Positions 59,935-64,000 of a DNA stretch of 64,000 nt are shown here, piece by piece. How positions within the stretch are numbered: the stretch's first letter is position 1; each line of letters begins with the position of its first letter. The stretch spans positions 125,026 through 189,025 of the forward strand of contig JAWKUY010000004.1 of assembly GCA_041398345.1 (NCBI GenBank), written 5' to 3'. The position numbers and the translations under genes are program-made. Origin of the DNA: Hyphomonadaceae bacterium. Lineage in GTDB: Bacteria > Pseudomonadota > Alphaproteobacteria > Caulobacterales > Aquidulcibacteraceae. The notes below the pieces were generated by a model. That model was given only the letters and a program-made list of their open reading frames with translations. It searched no databases and was not told the DNA's origin.

Positions 59935-61311
59935 GTGTCGCAGGCAGACGCCAAAGGGCGCAAAGTCTCCGCATGGGAAATTGCCGCCTTCGCGGCGCCG
60001 GCCGCGCCCCTGCTGGCGCTTGGCCTGCCCACCATCCTTTTTCTCCCGCATTATTATCTGACCGATCTCGGACTCGCGGGCGGCGCCGCCATCTTCGTGC
60101 TGGCGCGCGTGCTCGATATCTTCATCGATCCCATGATCGGCGGCTGGCAGGATCGCACGCAGACGCGCTGGGGCCGGCGGCGTTTCTGGCTGGTGCTGGC
60201 CTGCCCGCTGTTGATGGGTTTCATCTACTGGGCGTTCATCGGGCTCACGCCGCAATCGGGCATCGTCGCTGCGACGTTCGCGGTGGTGACGATGTTCCTC
60301 ACCTTCTCGACGATGATGATCGCGCACCTGAGCTGGGCGGGCGAACTCATTCCCACCTATCACGGCCGCACCCGTGTCATCGGCGCCATCCAAATCCTCA
60401 GCCTGCTGGGACAAGTCGCGATCCTGGCGCTGGCGACGTTTGTGCGGCTGCAACCGGGGGGCTCCGACGCCGCCGCCATCAAGGTGATGGGATGGAGCAT
60501 GATCATCATGCTGCCGCTCACCATCGCCATCGCCGTCATTCTGGCGCCAGAGCGCCGTCTGCCCCCGCAGCCGCACCTCACGCTCAGCCAATCCTTCCGC
60601 GCCGTGCTCGGCAACGGCTTCGCGCGCAAGGTGCTCGGCGTCGACCTGCTGCTCGGCGTCACGCAGGGCGTCGCGGGCTCGCTCTTCCTTTTCTATTTCC
60701 AGTTCATCCTTGGCTTCGAGAGCCAATCGCAATCGCTGTCGCTGATCTATTTCGTCTCCGGCCTTTTGGGCGTCCCGTTCTGGATCTGGGCGGGCCGCCG
60801 CTACGGCAAGCACGCCGCCTTGCAGGGCGCGCTGATCTACACCGCCGCAACAACCGCGCTCATCCCGATTGCGCCCGCAGGCAATTTTCCCGTCGTCGCC
60901 GCGCTGATGGGTTTTGCCGGGCTTTCTCAGGGCGGGGGCATTCTGCTCACGCGCGCGCTCATGGCCGATGTCGTCGATGACGATGAGTTGCGCACCGGTT
61001 CGCGCCGCTCCGGGCTCTATTTTGGCCTGCTGCTCACCACCTCAAAGGCGGGCATCACGGCCGGACCGCTCACCGTCGTCGTCTTGCAGCTGATTGGGTT
61101 CGACGCGACTTTGCGCGATCACAACGCGCCCTTTGTGCTGATGGCCCTGGGCGCAGCCTTCGTCGTGGTCCCCATCGCGCTGTCGCTGCTCGCGGCGCTG
61201 GCTCTGCGCAACTACCCGCTCGACGAGAAAGCGCAGGCTGCGCTTCACGCCGCCATCGAAGCGCGCCACGCAGCAAACAACGACGAAGCTTTGGGTCCAT
61301 CGACAAAGTAA
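59935..61311 (+). CDS. MFS transporter, GPH/MelB-like
   Basis: DPMIGGWQDRT..WGRRR, ADVVD.DE..G.RRSGLYFG, YPLD. Confidence 0.85.
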   Translation: MSQADAKGRKVSAWEIAAFAAPAAPLLALGLPTILFLPHYYLTDLGLAGGAAIFVLARVLDIFIDPMIGGWQDRTQTRWGRRRFWLVLACPLLMGFIYWAFIGLTPQSGIVAATFAVVTMFLTFSTMMIAHLSWAGELIPTYHGRTRVIGAIQILSLLGQVAILALATFVRLQPGGSDAAAIKVMGWSMIIMLPLTIAIAVILAPERRLPPQPHLTLSQSFRAVLGNGFARKVLGVDLLLGVTQGVAGSLFLFYFQFILGFESQSQSLSLIYFVSGLLGVPFWIWAGRRYGKHAALQGALIYTAATTALIPIAPAGNFPVVAALMGFAGLSQGGGILLTRALMADVVDDDELRTGSRRSGLYFGLLLTTSKAGITAGPLTVVVLQLIGFDATLRDHNAPFVLMALGAAFVVVPIALSLLAALALRNYPLDEKAQAALHAAIEARHAANNDEALGPSTK

Positions 61312-61985
61312 CGCCGCCACAGTCGCGCCGGGCTGACGAAGCGCAGCTTTGAGCGCTTGCGCGCGGCGGCGAACACGCTTTCAAGGCCGCCGTCTAGACA
61401 AATGCCGGCGCCGCTTGCGCCCGCATGCTGGGCGATCGCGTAGGCGATCATTTCCTGCACGGGCGCGCCGGTGCAGATGAAGGTGAAGCGAGCGCCCTGC
61501 CCGGCTGCGAAAGCAGCCGCGCGCACGATGGCGCCGGGATCCTGCAGGAGGCCCTGCGGCGTCTGGCGCCAGCGCACATCAAGGAGCCCGTACACGCGCT
61601 CAAGCCGTTCGACGCTCTCTGCGCTGGCTCCAATGATCGTCACGGGCTCCTCAGGATCAATCACCGTAGCCAACAAGCGCGCCGCCAAATTGCCCGCGCC
61701 CGCCACAGGCAATTGAAAGCCCACGCGCGCCGCAAGCTTGCGCAACACGCTGCTCTCGTTCAGCAATATCCAGGCGGCGTCGTAGAGGGCCCGCCCGGCC
61801 GGATCGCGCGCCGCGGCCGCCGCCTGGTCGATGTCCGCCGCAGTCACGTATGCGAACGGCAAGTCGAGGCTGGCATGCGCAGTGACCGCGTCGAGCGCGG
61901 TCTCGATGTCCGCGCCGCTGAATTGAAGATCGAGAAAATTTGTTTTGTCCGCACCGCGGACGCCGCCATCGAACGCCATATCCAT
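61245..61985 (-). CDS. WecB/TagA/CpsF-family glycosyltransferase-like protein (divergent)
   Basis: PFAYVT, FICTGAPVQE, PARLWRRY recognisable but degenerate family motifs. Confidence 0.7.
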   Translation of the reverse strand: MDMAFDGGVRGADKTNFLDLQFSGADIETALDAVTAHASLDLPFAYVTAADIDQAAAAARDPAGRALYDAAWILLNESSVLRKLAARVGFQLPVAGAGNLAARLLATVIDPEEPVTIIGASAESVERLERVYGLLDVRWRQTPQGLLQDPGAIVRAAAFAAGQGARFTFICTGAPVQEMIAYAIAQHAGASGAGICLDGGLESVFAAARKRSKLRFVSPARLWRRYFVDGPKASSLFAAWRASMAA

Positions 61986-62001
61986 TAACCCGAATGCTGC
62001 A

Positions 62002-63885
62002 TTAACGCCGTTTCAGCGCTCTATGCAGAAATCGGGCCGGGTGGATCGCGTCACGCGCGATTTGCGACAGCATGGATGGTTCGCCGCACATCTCGCCGGC
62101 GACAATCTCGCCAAGCAGCGGCGCCAGAGTGAGGCCGCGGGCGCCCAGCCCGCCAATAACGTAAACGCCGTCGTGCGCAGGCGGCGCAGCGCCTTCATCG
62201 GCCTTCCCGCCATGAGCCAGCGCCGCATAGCGCGCAAGCCATGCTTCCGCGTCCGGCAAGAGGCCCGCCACCGGCGCGCGGTCAGGCGTGGTCATGCGAT
62301 AGGATGCCCGCGAGCGCAGGCTCGCCTGATCGAGCTGCGCGGCGATCTCGGGCGCGAGCGCATGCAGCGCGACGATGTTGCGCGCCCGCGCCTCCGCAGC
62401 GATCGCCTCCGGTTCGTCATCGATAACAGCCTCGGCGTGATCGAATGTGGCCCCGAACAAGACGCCGTCTTCGAACGGCGCCACGTAGGCGCCACGCGTC
62501 AGCGCGCGCTCGGGCGCGGGAGCGCGTCCCCACTCAATTTGCCCGCGCGAGAGAGCCAGCGGCAGAAACGACGCTGGAGCGAATTGCTTCAACGCCGCGC
62601 CGCACGCGATCACGACGGCGTCCGCCTTAAGCAGAGCGCGCCCGTCAGGCGCCCGCACAATCCACCCCTCGCCCGATGGCTCCAACGTCCGCACGGGCGT
62701 CTCGCACACGAGGGTTGCGCCTTCCAGCATGCGCTCAATCGCTTCGACGGGCCGCACCAAGCCGGCTTTCGGATGAAGCGCCGCGCCGTCCGCCCCAGGG
62801 GCGAACCAGTCTTCCGGTAGGGGCGGATCGGCCAGCAAGTCCGCGAGCGCCGTTTCGCCGCTCTCGAGCGCCCGTTGCTCTACGCCGCAGCTCTCAATCA
62901 CGCCAAGCGCCGCATACGCAGCCACGGCGTAAAGGTAGGCCGCGAGATAGAACTCGCTGAGCACGCCTCCACGGTCGAGCCGCGGCATCACCAGCCCCGC
63001 GGGATTGCCGCTGGCGCCGGCGCCGAGGCCACGCGCAGCCTCCAGAACGACAGTCTCCACGCCGCGCCTGAGCAGCCCTTGCGCCGCGGCGGCCCCGGCA
63101 ATGCCCGCCCCCAGCACGGCCACGCGTTTGGGGTTGCTGGCCCCATACGGATAGAGCGACCGCGGCGCAGACGGCGGCTCGCCTCTCCAATGCGCCTCAA
63201 GCCGCTCGCGTTTGCGGCCAAAGCCGGCCTGCTTGCGCACCTCGAACCCCGCCGCCTCCAATCCCCGGCGCACCTCGCCAGCCACAGTGAACGTCGCCAG
63301 GCGCGCCCCGGGCGCGCTCAGGCGGGCGATGTGACTGAGCACGGCGGGCGACCACATTTCGGGGTTACGCGCGGGCGCGAAGCCATCGAGAAACCAGGCG
63401 TCGAAGGCGCCGCTCATCCCCCCAAGCGCCGCCTCGGCATCGCCTGTGAACAGGGTGAGCGAGAAACCGTCCTCCGGGAACCACAGACGTTGCGACGCCC
63501 CAGCGCGCACCGGCCAGCGCTCCAGAAGCTGCGCGGCCAGATCGCCCACCTCCGGGAAATGAGCGAGCGCACGCGCCGCGTCGGCCCTTGCCAGAGGGAA
63601 TGCCTCGATGGTGGAGATATGCAATTGCGCATGGGGTGGACGGGTCGATTTCCAGGCCCGCCAGACCGCCAAAACGTTAAGACCCGTCCCGAAACCGAGT
63701 TCGCAGAGGGCGAAACGATCCTTGTTTTTCCAGGCGTCGGGCAAGCCTGCCCCCGCCAGGAAGACCGCGTCCGCCTCGGCCAGGCCGCCATCGCTGGAAA
63801 AGTAAACGTCGCCGAAGCCGGCCGCCCTCAGCGCGGTCCCGTCAGGGCTCCACTCCAAATCCGGCGCCGGCGGCAGACGCGTCAT
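62002..63885 (-). CDS. mnmC: tRNA mnm5s2U biosynthesis bifunctional protein MnmC
   Basis: FGDVYFS, ELGFGTGLN, WFLDGFAPARNPEMW, GAGIAG, ASGN, GARGL. Confidence 0.95.
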   Translation of the reverse strand: MTRLPPAPDLEWSPDGTALRAAGFGDVYFSSDGGLAEADAVFLAGAGLPDAWKNKDRFALCELGFGTGLNVLAVWRAWKSTRPPHAQLHISTIEAFPLARADAARALAHFPEVGDLAAQLLERWPVRAGASQRLWFPEDGFSLTLFTGDAEAALGGMSGAFDAWFLDGFAPARNPEMWSPAVLSHIARLSAPGARLATFTVAGEVRRGLEAAGFEVRKQAGFGRKRERLEAHWRGEPPSAPRSLYPYGASNPKRVAVLGAGIAGAAAAQGLLRRGVETVVLEAARGLGAGASGNPAGLVMPRLDRGGVLSEFYLAAYLYAVAAYAALGVIESCGVEQRALESGETALADLLADPPLPEDWFAPGADGAALHPKAGLVRPVEAIERMLEGATLVCETPVRTLEPSGEGWIVRAPDGRALLKADAVVIACGAALKQFAPASFLPLALSRGQIEWGRAPAPERALTRGAYVAPFEDGVLFGATFDHAEAVIDDEPEAIAAEARARNIVALHALAPEIAAQLDQASLRSRASYRMTTPDRAPVAGLLPDAEAWLARYAALAHGGKADEGAAPPAHDGVYVIGGLGARGLTLAPLLGEIVAGEMCGEPSMLSQIARDAIHPARFLHRALKRR

Positions 63886-63896
63886 CAGACACCCCA

Positions 63897-63929
63897 AAAG
63901 CAAACGAGCCGCCCTTTCGGGCGGCTCGT
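63897..63929 (-). terminator. Rho-independent terminator
   Basis: ACGAGCCGCCC-GAAA-GGGCGGCTCGT followed by TTGCTTTT on the minus strand. Confidence 0.8.
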
Positions 63930-63953
63930 CGCAAAACTACACTTGCGTGCAGA

Positions 63954-64000
63954 TTACGGCGTGGTGGTCGCCGCGGCGTCAGCCGGAGCTTCCGTGGTCG
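63954..64000 (-). CDS. C-terminal end of an Ala/Thr/Pro-rich protein (partial)
   Basis: TTEAPADAAATTTP-stop followed by a terminator. Confidence 0.5.
   Translation of the reverse strand, partial: TTEAPADAAATTTP

Noticed and set aside
1-64000. tRNA, rRNA, CRISPR array, prophage or integrase
   Set aside because: No cloverleaf or T-loop signature, spaced direct repeats or phage genes were recognised by eye; a tRNAscan/Infernal run would be needed to exclude small RNAs.

Overview
GC-rich alphaproteobacterial chromosome segment. Gene content (podJ, tipN-like, ybjN/ubiK/lgt/pgeF/prs, rplY-pth-ychF) points to Caulobacterales/Hyphomonadaceae. Most of it is housekeeping: a fatty-acid beta-oxidation operon with a MerR/LiuR-type regulator, polarity factors, an Lhr-helicase/PdeM repair pair, proC, mnmC and transporters. 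Two regions stand out. (1) A roughly 2.4 kb lower-GC insertion between ybjN and ubiK (about 39180-41560). It holds a 5'-truncated hlyD, an orphan ORF (candidate immunity gene) and a domain whose motifs align by eye with CD38-type ADP-ribosyl cyclase/NAD glycohydrolase. That domain is fused in frame to an intact Y1 (HUH, RAYT-like) transposase preceded by an SOS-box-like site. (2) A stretch of about 4.7 kb (about 31990-36650) where every gene is heavily frameshifted, most likely low-quality consensus sequence. Smaller observations: a Zur-like box over the start of a His/Cys membrane protein, a shared TGACG-N3/4-CGTCA palindrome upstream of three lipid-related loci, an MFS gene that needs a CTG start or TAG readthrough, and an approximately 50-aa insertion in Lgt. 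No tRNA, rRNA or CRISPR array was seen. All calls are motif recognition by eye; no searches were run.
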